Assembly: GCA_009929055.1 (NCBI GenBank)
Contig: SABI01000001.1
Location: forward strand, 1 to 56,173
DNA length: 56,173 bases
Source of the DNA: Spirochaetia bacterium
GTDB taxonomy: Bacteria; Spirochaetota; Spirochaetia; Sphaerochaetales; Sphaerochaetaceae
Direction of reading: 5' to 3'
Position numbers and translations under genes: made by a program. Below, piece after piece: positions 45,069 to 53,383 of this stretch. Position 1 is the stretch's first letter. Every line of letters starts with the position of its first letter. Under the pieces are notes generated by a model, which saw only the letters and a program-made list of their open reading frames with translations, searched no databases and was not told where the DNA came from.

Positions 45069-46107
45069 TGATAGATAAAAATTCAGGTCTATGTATCTCT
45101 TTTCCACGGTGAATCATTATAGTTGTAATGATTTCTTCTAGAATAAAAAGCTCTAAGTCATTACTAAATTCTCTGAGTTTAATATCGTAAGAACCAAGGG
45201 TTCCAATAATATTGCGGGTATCTGTTATCGTAAAAAGGGCAACAGCTCCGCGATATATTTCGTGATCACTTTTTCGTTTAATTGAGGTTCTTTTCCCTAA
45301 TACAGAAGCTTCAAGTGTACTTTCTTCCCAGCTTTTACCTTTTGATAAATTTTCTTGTACAGATAATAAGCGCCTAAAAGACCATAAAAGTCCATTTATA
45401 AGAAGTATTCCTTGATTGTCTTGGTCACGCATAAGGGCGTGAAGAATTTCTAGTGCTGCTTGGTATCCTTTTGTAGCGATTGCTTCAAATAAGGTAAACA
45501 CAGATTCAACTCTAGTGTGTTGCACATAGCGTTCAACATCTTCTTCTCTTACCCTTTCTACTTTATCTATACTCAAGTATTGCATAAGCTGTACTACTGC
45601 CTGGCGTAGTTGTGCTGTGTCATTTTCAACAAGCTCTAATAAAAGAGAAATTGCACTTTCTTCAACATCTACCCGATATGGCTTAAATAAGTTCCTTACC
45701 CATGCAGGTTTTTTATACTCATACATTTCATAAAAGATTTTCTTCCCATCTTTTGGGACAGCAGCATCAAGTTTTCCTTTTAATTTATAATCTTCACTAA
45801 TAAGGACGAGTGTTGCACTCTCTATTGGGTTTGAAACATAGGAGACTAACGGGGCAATAAGTTGTTGGTTCATACTCTCCATTTGTGAGAGAATGACGAG
45901 TCTATGGTCGCTAAATAAAGAGTTGTTTTGGAGAACTTCGAAGATTTCTCCGTTGGTTGTTTCAAAAGGGTAGAAGCGATGTAATTCAGGGTCACTTTGA
46001 AATTCATTTTTCAAATTTGCCCTTATCTCTCTAAGGAATACACTTTTATCACCACTATCTGGCCCAAGGAGGGCATAGACCCTCATTCTATTAGTTTTCA
46101 TAATCAC
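45049..46107 (-). CDS. holA: DNA polymerase III delta subunit (clamp-loader), tentative
   Basis: About 345 aa. N-terminus VYALLGPDSGDKSVF and overall helical C-terminal organisation resemble HolA. The start is ambiguous (46107, 46101 or 46086). Confidence 0.6.
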   Translation of the reverse strand: MIMKTNRMRVYALLGPDSGDKSVFLREIRANLKNEFQSDPELHRFYPFETTNGEIFEVLQNNSLFSDHRLVILSQMESMNQQLIAPLVSYVSNPIESATLVLISEDYKLKGKLDAAVPKDGKKIFYEMYEYKKPAWVRNLFKPYRVDVEESAISLLLELVENDTAQLRQAVVQLMQYLSIDKVERVREEDVERYVQHTRVESVFTLFEAIATKGYQAALEILHALMRDQDNQGILLINGLLWSFRRLLSVQENLSKGKSWEESTLEASVLGKRTSIKRKSDHEIYRGAVALFTITDTRNIIGTLGSYDIKLREFSNDLELFILEEIITTIMIHRGKEIHRPEFLSITTDAKF

Positions 46108-46708
46108 GTATAATTAACTGAAGCTTTCCGATAATAGTGACATCTTTTGAAAAAATAGAACCATATTTTGAATTTTCAGGCCTTAGCTCAATTGCATTAG
46201 AAGTGAGATAGTATCGCTTTAATGTAACTCGGTTCTCTTCTCCAAGACGAGCAACTACAATGTCTCCATTACGAGCGTTGTTTACTTGCTTTATGATAGC
46301 TAAATCTCCATCTAAAATTCCAGCGTCTATCATGCTATCTCCTTCGACATGGAGAGCGAAGAAATTTCCATTCTTTGCAAGCATTGCTGAAGGGACATGG
46401 AGGTCATACTCTTTATTCTCTTCAGCAAGAATTGGAACCCCTGCTGCCGTAGAACCTAATACTGGAACACTTATTGTTTCTACTGAAGGGGAGGTGCTAA
46501 ATCCTACAACTCCTGTTGACCGAGAAATTCCACTTTGAGAGTGAATCTGTCCTTTTTTCTCTAGAGCCTTTAAGTGGTCATGAGCAGCCTTTGCTGTAAT
46601 TTTGAAATGGGTTGCTATATCCCTCACAGCAGGGGCATAGGAGTTGATTGTAATATAATCTTTAATAAAATTTAGAACCTCTGTCTGTCGCTGTGTTAAT
46701 TCTTTCAC
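46091..46708 (-). CDS. lexA: LexA SOS repressor
   Basis: N-terminal winged HTH, an Ala-Gly cleavage site (TAAGVP), and catalytic GDSM and TLKR motifs. Confidence 0.9.
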   Translation of the reverse strand: MKELTQRQTEVLNFIKDYITINSYAPAVRDIATHFKITAKAAHDHLKALEKKGQIHSQSGISRSTGVVGFSTSPSVETISVPVLGSTAAGVPILAEENKEYDLHVPSAMLAKNGNFFALHVEGDSMIDAGILDGDLAIIKQVNNARNGDIVVARLGEENRVTLKRYYLTSNAIELRPENSKYGSIFSKDVTIIGKLQLIIRDYEN

Positions 46709-46710
46709 TT

Positions 46711-46974
46711 TTACTCCTCGAAGCGATTAAGAAACAGTTGTTCGATTGCATCAATGGCTTCTGTTTCATCACTTCCATCTGTAGTAATTGTTATTTTTGA
46801 TTTATATGCAGCACCAAGGGTAATTATTCCCATTATTGATTTTCCGTTAATTTTCATTCTATCTTTTTCCATGTAGAGCTGGGATGAAAATTTGTTGGCA
46901 ACTTTCACAATTAAGGCAGCTGGTCTTGCATGAATTCCTGCTCGGTTTAATACTTCAACGACTCTTATGACCAT
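46711..46974 (-). CDS. ptsH: phosphocarrier protein HPr
   Basis: 87 aa. His-15 region AGIHARPA and Ser-46 region INGKSIMG. Confidence 0.9.
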   Translation of the reverse strand: MVIRVVEVLNRAGIHARPAALIVKVANKFSSQLYMEKDRMKINGKSIMGIITLGAAYKSKITITTDGSDETEAIDAIEQLFLNRFEE

Positions 46975-46976
46975 GA

Positions 46977-47957
46977 TTAGAAAGTCTCCTCATTATTATA
47001 ATACAAGTTTCTAGCTGATTCACTTTCCAGCCACTTTAAGACACTTTGATCAAATTCTTTTGCTGAATAATAGCCTAATTTCTTGAGGCGTTCATTTCTT
47101 GCAGCAGTTTCTATAATTATTGGCACATTTCGTCCCGGTTTTACTGGAATAATAAGTTTAGGAATTTCTATTCCCAATAAATTTTCTTTCATTTCTTCGC
47201 CAATTCTATCATAATTTTTATTTGAATCCCACTCTTCAAGATGAACCATCAATTGCACTTGTTTTTTATCTCTGATAGCACCTACACCAAACAAGTTTGC
47301 AAGGTTAAGAATTCCTAATCCCCTTATTTCCATATGGTGTGCAAGTGAGGGGTTTTCCCCACTTCCTATAAGGAATGTATCACTAATATTGCGTAATTTT
47401 ACTGTATCATCACTAATAAGTCGATGGCCCCGGTCAATAAGTTCTAATGCTGTTTCGCTCTTTCCCACACCACTATCTCCTAGAATGAGGACTCCTATTC
47501 CATAGACCTCAACAAGAACCCCATGGATAGTAATGGTGTCGGCAAATATTTCATCGAGCATTTGGATTAAACCTCGATTAAAACCAGCAGAGTCAAGATC
47601 TGTTTGTAGGATAGAACATCCTGAGCGTTCCGCGATTTCTATAAAGCGTTTGCTTGGATTTCCTCCATCACAGAAAATACAGGTGGGAATTGGATAGCTA
47701 AAGAGTTTTTCAAGTGATTCGAGAGTATTCTTAGATTCTAATTTTTTAAGATATTGTTGCTCTCCTCGTCCAAATACTTGAATACTATCAAAGCTAAACT
47801 CATCAAAGAATCCACTTAGAGGAAGTCCAGGTCTACTTATTTTACTTGTAGTAAGTTCTCTCGATAATCCAGAACGACCAGCTATGCAAGTGAGCTGCAG
47901 ATGGTTGTGCTCTTTTAGATCTAAGTCTAATAAATCAAGAATTGAAAATGACGGCAT
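46977..47957 (-). CDS. hprK: HPr kinase/phosphorylase
   Basis: P-loop GDSGVGKSETALELI and HHMEIRGLGILN motifs. AGGAGG RBS. Confidence 0.9.
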   Translation of the reverse strand: MPSFSILDLLDLDLKEHNHLQLTCIAGRSGLSRELTTSKISRPGLPLSGFFDEFSFDSIQVFGRGEQQYLKKLESKNTLESLEKLFSYPIPTCIFCDGGNPSKRFIEIAERSGCSILQTDLDSAGFNRGLIQMLDEIFADTITIHGVLVEVYGIGVLILGDSGVGKSETALELIDRGHRLISDDTVKLRNISDTFLIGSGENPSLAHHMEIRGLGILNLANLFGVGAIRDKKQVQLMVHLEEWDSNKNYDRIGEEMKENLLGIEIPKLIIPVKPGRNVPIIIETAARNERLKKLGYYSAKEFDQSVLKWLESESARNLYYNNEETF

Positions 47958-47976
47958 ACAATCCTCCTAGCTGTTG

Positions 47977-48005
47977 AGTATAGCATAAGCAACAAAGTTT
48001 GACAT
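47977..48005 (-). promoter_or_regulatory. candidate promoter of the hprK-ptsH-lexA-holA unit
   Basis: On the minus strand: ATGTCA (48005-48000), 17 nt, TATACT (47982-47977), directly followed by the AGGAGG RBS. Confidence 0.4.
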
Positions 48006-48126
48006 AACTCAATCAATTAAAGTTCGTTGGAATATATCTTTTTATTTCATTTCTTTATAATACTTCATTACTATACATGCGTCTACTTCTCCATCAATGT
48101 ACGAAAGATAATAGTTTTAAGTTGGT

Positions 48127-48155
48127 ATAAAAAAGCCTCAGAAAATCTGAGGCTT
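48127..48155 (-). terminator. rho-independent terminator after hpf
   Basis: 10-bp stem AAGCCTCAGA/TCTGAGGCTT. On the minus strand it is followed by TTTTTTAT. Confidence 0.8.
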
Positions 48156-48188
48156 ACACTAAATTTCGATGAAATATTCATTTAGAGG

Positions 48189-48485
48189 TCAATGATCTTG
48201 TATTTTCCCCTTCTCTTTTCGTGCAATAGAATCAATCTTATCTATTAGTAGTTCAATTCCTTCGTACAATTCATAGCATTCTGTACTCACCATTTTTACT
48301 AACCCCCAAGAGAAATGAATCTTTGCTTCGAGGTTATACCCTTGTCCTACATGATCTTTTTTAACAGTAATCGTTAGGTCGTGGATAAATTTTTCTGCAA
48401 AGGCTAGTTTCTCTAACTTTTTGTCAAAAAACTCTCTTGTCGTGTCGCTCACATTGTAATGGATTCCTTTGATTTCTAAATTCAT
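48189..48485 (-). CDS. hpf: ribosome hibernation promoting factor (short HPF/RaiA type)
   Basis: 98 aa. The N-terminus MNLEIKGIHYNVSDTTREFFDKKLEKL is typical of sigma-54 modulation protein / S30EA. GGAGGA RBS. Confidence 0.85.
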   Translation of the reverse strand: MNLEIKGIHYNVSDTTREFFDKKLEKLAFAEKFIHDLTITVKKDHVGQGYNLEAKIHFSWGLVKMVSTECYELYEGIELLIDKIDSIARKEKGKIQDH

Positions 48486-48722
48486 AGGTCCTCCTTAAAA
48501 CAGATCCTATAATAAAGATAAGAGAGCTGATATGAAAAGTCAAATCAATTACAGCATCATTTCATGTCATTATGATAATCTGTTACTAAAATAATAGAGA
48601 GAATATAACAGAGAATATGTGAAATATAGAATTTATTAACTGTTATAATATAATAAATTATAGCTAATATTTAGAATATTTGCTTCTAAACAATTTTAAC
48701 ATATATTTCTCTAATTTCCTTG

Positions 48723-50126
48723 TTATCTTAAGTATGAGGAGTCTAGATTTAGTTCCTTTCGATATTTATTAACTGTCCTACGGGCTATTTTGATTCCTTC
48801 GTTTTGAAGTATATCAGATATCTTTTGATCACTTAGAGGTTTATCTCCTGTGTGGTTTTTAATGATTTCTTCGACTTTTTCTTTAACTGCAGTTTTTGAT
48901 ATCTCACCACTAGCACTAGCTGATGTTGAGAGGGCTGAGCTAAAAAGTTCTTTAATTGGAATAATCCCCCAGTCGGTGTCGATGTACTTACTTATAACAG
49001 CCCGTGATATTGTTGTTTCATGAAGGTTTAAGCGAGTAGCAAGATCTTTGTAAGTGAGAGGTTTTAAAGCTTTTGGCCCTTCTAAAAAGAATTGGTACTG
49101 CTCTTCTAATAAGAGTAGACCTATTTTTTTGATAGTCTCATTTCTCATATCGATACTAGAAATTAATTGGTTAGCTGATTTTATTGCTTCTTTAATATAA
49201 CTCAGCGTCTCTTTATAGTGAGGGTCATCTTTGTTACCAGTAAGAGAAGAGAAGTTTTCATCTATGATTAATTCTGGAATCATCCCTTTATTAAGGATAA
49301 GTTGAAGTCTCCCTTCGACGTTTTTTACCCTCAACTCTGGTATAATATATTGAGTCTCTCTGCTATCAAACTGACTAGCAGGATAGGGGTTAAGTGTTTT
49401 CAGATATTCGTAGAGGAGCTCAACTTGTTCTTCATCTTCATTGATGATTTTACTTACTTCTTTGAATTTACCCATTCTAAGTTTTTCGAGATGGTCATTA
49501 ATTAATTGCTCTAATATGAATAGTTCTGTAGAGTTGAGGCCCTCAATTTTGGCTTGAAGGAGAAGAGATTCTCTAAAATCTTTTACTGCAATCCCTGGAG
49601 GATCAAGAGACTGAACAATTAATAGGGCTTTATTGAGTTCTTTTTTTTTGCTAATAGGGGCAAGGGAAGAGAGTTCATTATTATGAAACCCGTTATGATT
49701 TAAATTGCTTATGATAAGATGAGAGAGGGTATAGAGCTCTTCATCGAGTTTCATACATCCTAGTTGTCTTAATAGATATTCTTGAAGAGACTCCTCACTA
49801 CTCAAGGCTCCTTCTAAAAATTGTTGGTTGTTATCGCTTGCTTCTTGGTTATACGATGAAGAGAGACGTGTATAATCACTTCCAAATTTACTTTTGTCAC
49901 TATAATCATCTACTATTGAACCTTTTTCTGACCTTTGTGCAAGCCGTTCAATAGAGATGTTTTTTTCGTTAGGGATTTCAAGGGCTGGATTTTGTTCAAT
50001 TTCAGCTCTAATTTTTTGTTGTAGTTCAAGGTTACTCATCGCTAGTACTTCAAATGTTTGGATGAGTTGAGGAGATAGAGAAAGTTGTTGTTTAAGAGAT
50101 TGTTGAAGATTAAGAGAGGTGTTCAT
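48723..50126 (-). CDS. rpoN: RNA polymerase sigma-54 factor
   Basis: 467 aa. Region I (LSLSPQLIQTFEVL), C-terminal HTH and RpoN box (ARRTVNKYR). The start overlaps the lptB stop (TAATG). Confidence 0.95.
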   Translation of the reverse strand: MNTSLNLQQSLKQQLSLSPQLIQTFEVLAMSNLELQQKIRAEIEQNPALEIPNEKNISIERLAQRSEKGSIVDDYSDKSKFGSDYTRLSSSYNQEASDNNQQFLEGALSSEESLQEYLLRQLGCMKLDEELYTLSHLIISNLNHNGFHNNELSSLAPISKKKELNKALLIVQSLDPPGIAVKDFRESLLLQAKIEGLNSTELFILEQLINDHLEKLRMGKFKEVSKIINEDEEQVELLYEYLKTLNPYPASQFDSRETQYIIPELRVKNVEGRLQLILNKGMIPELIIDENFSSLTGNKDDPHYKETLSYIKEAIKSANQLISSIDMRNETIKKIGLLLLEEQYQFFLEGPKALKPLTYKDLATRLNLHETTISRAVISKYIDTDWGIIPIKELFSSALSTSASASGEISKTAVKEKVEEIIKNHTGDKPLSDQKISDILQNEGIKIARRTVNKYRKELNLDSSYLR

Positions 50127-50878
50127 TATACCTCCCCGTGAGTAAAATCTTCACCAAAATAGAGTCTTATTGCTTCACTATTAGCGAGAAGATCTTGTCG
50201 AGTTCCGCTAGCGAGTAATTTCCCTTCATGGATGATATAGCCCTTGTGAGTAATGCTGAGAGTATCTCGAACATTGTGGTCAGTAAGGAGAATTCCTATC
50301 CCCTTTGCTGAGAGGGCAGAGATAATCATCTTTATTTCATACACAGCTTTTGGATCGATTCCTGCAAATGGTTCATCTAATAGGAGAAATTTGGGGTTGC
50401 TCGCAAGAGAACGAGCTATTTCAGTTCTTCTTCTCTCTCCTCCACTTAAGGTGTAGCCGTACTGATCTTTTACACTTGAAATACCAAATTCATCGAGTAA
50501 TTGTTTCACAAGCTCTTTTTTTTCTTTTCTCGTTAAATCATCACGAGTATCAGCAACAAGGGCAATGTTTTTTTCAACAGATAATTTCCTGAATATTGAA
50601 GGCTCTTGGGGCAAGTAGGATAATCCTCTTGTACTTCTTCGATACATTGGAAGATGGGTAACATCTTCACCTTCGATGAAGATATTTCCTCCATTGGCTT
50701 TTATGAATCCAACTATCATGTAGAAGATGGTTGTTTTTCCAGCACCGTTTGGTCCTAACAACCCAATTATCTCCCCCTTATTCATTGAAAACGAAACATC
50801 ATTTACTACTTGTTTCTTTCCATACCGTTTTTTGAGGTGTTGTATTGATAACCCTGGGATAAGTTCTTTATTGCTCAT
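50126..50878 (-). CDS. lptB: LPS export ABC transporter ATP-binding protein
   Basis: Walker A GPNGAGKTT, signature LSGGERRR, Walker B LLLDEP. ATG 50878 is preferred over GTG 50902. Confidence 0.85.
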   Translation of the reverse strand: MSNKELIPGLSIQHLKKRYGKKQVVNDVSFSMNKGEIIGLLGPNGAGKTTIFYMIVGFIKANGGNIFIEGEDVTHLPMYRRSTRGLSYLPQEPSIFRKLSVEKNIALVADTRDDLTRKEKKELVKQLLDEFGISSVKDQYGYTLSGGERRRTEIARSLASNPKFLLLDEPFAGIDPKAVYEIKMIISALSAKGIGILLTDHNVRDTLSITHKGYIIHEGKLLASGTRQDLLANSEAIRLYFGEDFTHGEV

Positions 50879-51509
50879 TGATAGACCCGCTAATCTCACC
50901 ACTCATTGAAATCTCATTAGTCGATAAATTCACTATAGTAATTGAAGAAGAGTAGGAGTCCCCATTATAGGAAGTGAATGCATCTCCTATAACGCTTACC
51001 ATCTCTTTTTCTCTCTCATATTCAATACTGTTACCTTTAAGAGTCATGATACCATTTTCAGTATTGCGATGAATTGACGCACTCACCTGTAGCTTCATGT
51101 TTCCTGTGTTGCTGTCATAATTTAGATATGCACCACTAGCGATAAGTTCATTATTTAGGTCTTCTATCTCTACCCAGCCATCTACTAGCAGAGTATTTTT
51201 TTCTCTATCAAAACTAATTTTATTACTTTTTATGATGATGTTCTTTTCACTATCTGTAATTATTACTTTGTCAGTTCCTGTGAGAAACCGAGCATTTGGT
51301 CCTATAAGTTCAATTGCTTGAGCACTAAGGGTGATAGAACCAGAAACAACAGTAGCCCCTTGCGTTAATGAAATAGCCTCTTTACCTTCAACCATCACCG
51401 CTTTTGTATAGCCACCCTTAAAACTAATGGGCTCTGTTGCCCCTACTATTGTTAAAAGAGGTATAAAAAGAGAGATGATAAGAGATCGAGAAATTCTTTT
51501 TTTATTCAT
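50868..51509 (-). CDS. lptA: LptA/OstA-N-like periplasmic LPS-transport protein
   Basis: 213 aa with a signal peptide and repetitive beta-jellyroll-like sequence, in the lptC-lptA-lptB position. Confidence 0.6.
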   Translation of the reverse strand: MNKKRISRSLIISLFIPLLTIVGATEPISFKGGYTKAVMVEGKEAISLTQGATVVSGSITLSAQAIELIGPNARFLTGTDKVIITDSEKNIIIKSNKISFDREKNTLLVDGWVEIEDLNNELIASGAYLNYDSNTGNMKLQVSASIHRNTENGIMTLKGNSIEYEREKEMVSVIGDAFTSYNGDSYSSSITIVNLSTNEISMSGEISGSINEQ

Positions 51510-52047
51510 AGGTCAGGACTCCCTCTTCTAATTGGGAAAATTCAAAGGTTACTTTTTCTATATTTCCTTCAAATCCCTTTCCTTTCAGTATATCACCTTT
51601 TTTATTTGTTAAGGTGATAACCTCATTTTCTTTTCCTTTTACTATTTTATTTTCACTAAAATAGGTGAGTGATATCCCTTGTATGAGTAGTTCATCGGGG
51701 TATATGGTAAGAGAAACTGAGTTTTCTAATTCAATGTCATTTGTGAGGGTGTCTATTTCCCCTCTTCCAAAATTTCCTTTTAATAGAATTTCTTTTTCAT
51801 TATTATATTGAATGAAAGAAGCCTCAGTTATGTAAGTTTTATTGATTTCCTTATAAATCTCGATAGTTTTACCTTTTACAAATATTGGATTGTTATCTCC
51901 TCGTGATATTTGGTAATTGGCTTCTTGGAGTTGAATATCGGGATAGGCAATTCCTTTCATTCCTAATTGAGCTTCTGCTTCATCAATAGAGCAGGAGTAA
52001 GAGAATAATGAGATAATTAGTATAATCAATACTAAAAATGGTTTCAC
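51502..52047 (-). CDS. lptC: LptC-like protein (possibly lipid-anchored)
   Basis: 181 aa. The N-terminal hydrophobic segment ends in SLFSYS-C-S. Assignment is mainly by position upstream of lptA and lptB. Confidence 0.5.
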   Translation of the reverse strand: MKPFLVLIILIISLFSYSCSIDEAEAQLGMKGIAYPDIQLQEANYQISRGDNNPIFVKGKTIEIYKEINKTYITEASFIQYNNEKEILLKGNFGRGEIDTLTNDIELENSVSLTIYPDELLIQGISLTYFSENKIVKGKENEVITLTNKKGDILKGKGFEGNIEKVTFEFSQLEEGVLTYE

Positions 52048-52056
52048 TTATACTCC

Positions 52057-52464
52057 TTATTCAATTATTCGAGTGATTTCAGGAGTATATTGGGAAGATT
52101 GTATTTTAGAGAACATTCCACTAAGAAAGAATCCAACCGCAATTCCTCCCACGCCTATAAGAATGTGGATTAATTCAGAAGAAGTAGGAAGAAAAGCCAT
52201 TGCTAGGTAGTATCCTATAGGAAATAAGATAAGGGGAACCATAAGGGTAATGAATCCTGCAAAGATTGTTTTTCCTGGTGGAAGATAGAGTTCTACCATA
52301 TCCCCTTTCTTGAGTGGTTTTTCACTACTATTTTTTGCAGTAAAAGTTTTTCCTTTTGTTGAGCAAAGAGCTCCCGCATGGCAACTTTCACAGGCAGAAG
52401 TATTACAGGCAACTGTAATATGTGAATTATTTTTTATATTTACGACTTGCGCAACTTCATACAT
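52057..52464 (-). CDS. RseC/MucC-family membrane protein
   Basis: 135 aa. The N-terminal Cys cluster (CNTSACESCHAGALC) followed by two TM helices is the RseC_MucC layout. Confidence 0.65.
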   Translation of the reverse strand: MYEVAQVVNIKNNSHITVACNTSACESCHAGALCSTKGKTFTAKNSSEKPLKKGDMVELYLPPGKTIFAGFITLMVPLILFPIGYYLAMAFLPTSSELIHILIGVGGIAVGFFLSGMFSKIQSSQYTPEITRIIE

Positions 52465-52477
52465 ACGATATTTCTCC

Positions 52478-53284
52478 TCATCCCTGTTTTTCGGGACTCT
52501 CTACATGGTATTTGATGGTCTCAATTGAGACAGCTTTAGCTGAATCATCTAGTTCTACTATTACCCCTTGAGCTTCTAATGTTCCCCACGTTTCAATGCT
52601 GCGAGATGGTACTTGTGTAATAAATCTCGTAATTTCAGTTTTGGCTTCAAATCCACCAACACCACTTATACTACCACACATTCCATTATCAGTAATCATT
52701 GCAGTATTGAGGGCTAATAATCTCGCATCACTTGTTAGAACTTTTGTGTGAGTTCCAATCATTGCAGCAATTCGCCCATCAACATGGAAGGCCATCGTAT
52801 TCTTTTCGGCAGTAGTTGATGCATGGAATTGTAAAAAGATTGCATCTGTATCCTCTTTTAGTCTATCAATAAGGGTGTTTATGATGATAAAGGGGTTAGA
52901 AACACTAATTCTTGAGAATTCAGATGTTCCTAATAAGGTAATAAAAGCACATTTCTTTCCATTTATTTCAACAATTTTATATCCTTTGCCAGGACTCGAT
53001 GAAGGAAAGTTTGCGGGTCTAATGATTTTACTAGTAGTGGAAATTGAATCAACCATATCTTTTTTAAAATATGTTTTCTCTCCAGTTGTAATGAGATCAA
53101 GTCCGCTTTTAAAGAGTTGGATGGCATGAATGTGCCCAATTCCAAATCCATTTGTGGCCCCTTCTCCATTAGCAACGCAAAAATCAATGTGGTGTTCTTC
53201 TTTAAGAGCTTTTAGCCCTTTCTTTATTACGTGCAATCCTGGCTTTCCAACTATTTCACCAAGAAACAATATTCTAGTTTTCAT
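52478..53284 (-). CDS. YmdB-like (TIGR00282-type) metallophosphoesterase homologue with substituted metal ligands
   Basis: 268 aa, colinear with YmdB (RILFLGEIVGKPG, ANGEGATNGFG, RPANFP..PGKG, FHASTTAEK, GTHTKVLTSD). Confidence 0.75.
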   Translation of the reverse strand: MKTRILFLGEIVGKPGLHVIKKGLKALKEEHHIDFCVANGEGATNGFGIGHIHAIQLFKSGLDLITTGEKTYFKKDMVDSISTTSKIIRPANFPSSSPGKGYKIVEINGKKCAFITLLGTSEFSRISVSNPFIIINTLIDRLKEDTDAIFLQFHASTTAEKNTMAFHVDGRIAAMIGTHTKVLTSDARLLALNTAMITDNGMCGSISGVGGFEAKTEITRFITQVPSRSIETWGTLEAQGVIVELDDSAKAVSIETIKYHVESPEKQG

Positions 53285-53383
53285 ACGTCATACTGTAATG
53301 TTCTTTTCAACCTTTTTCAAGTTTGCTTGCTTCCTTTATGTTCATGACTTAGAATCATAGTATAGCCGTTAAGGGGGATATAC

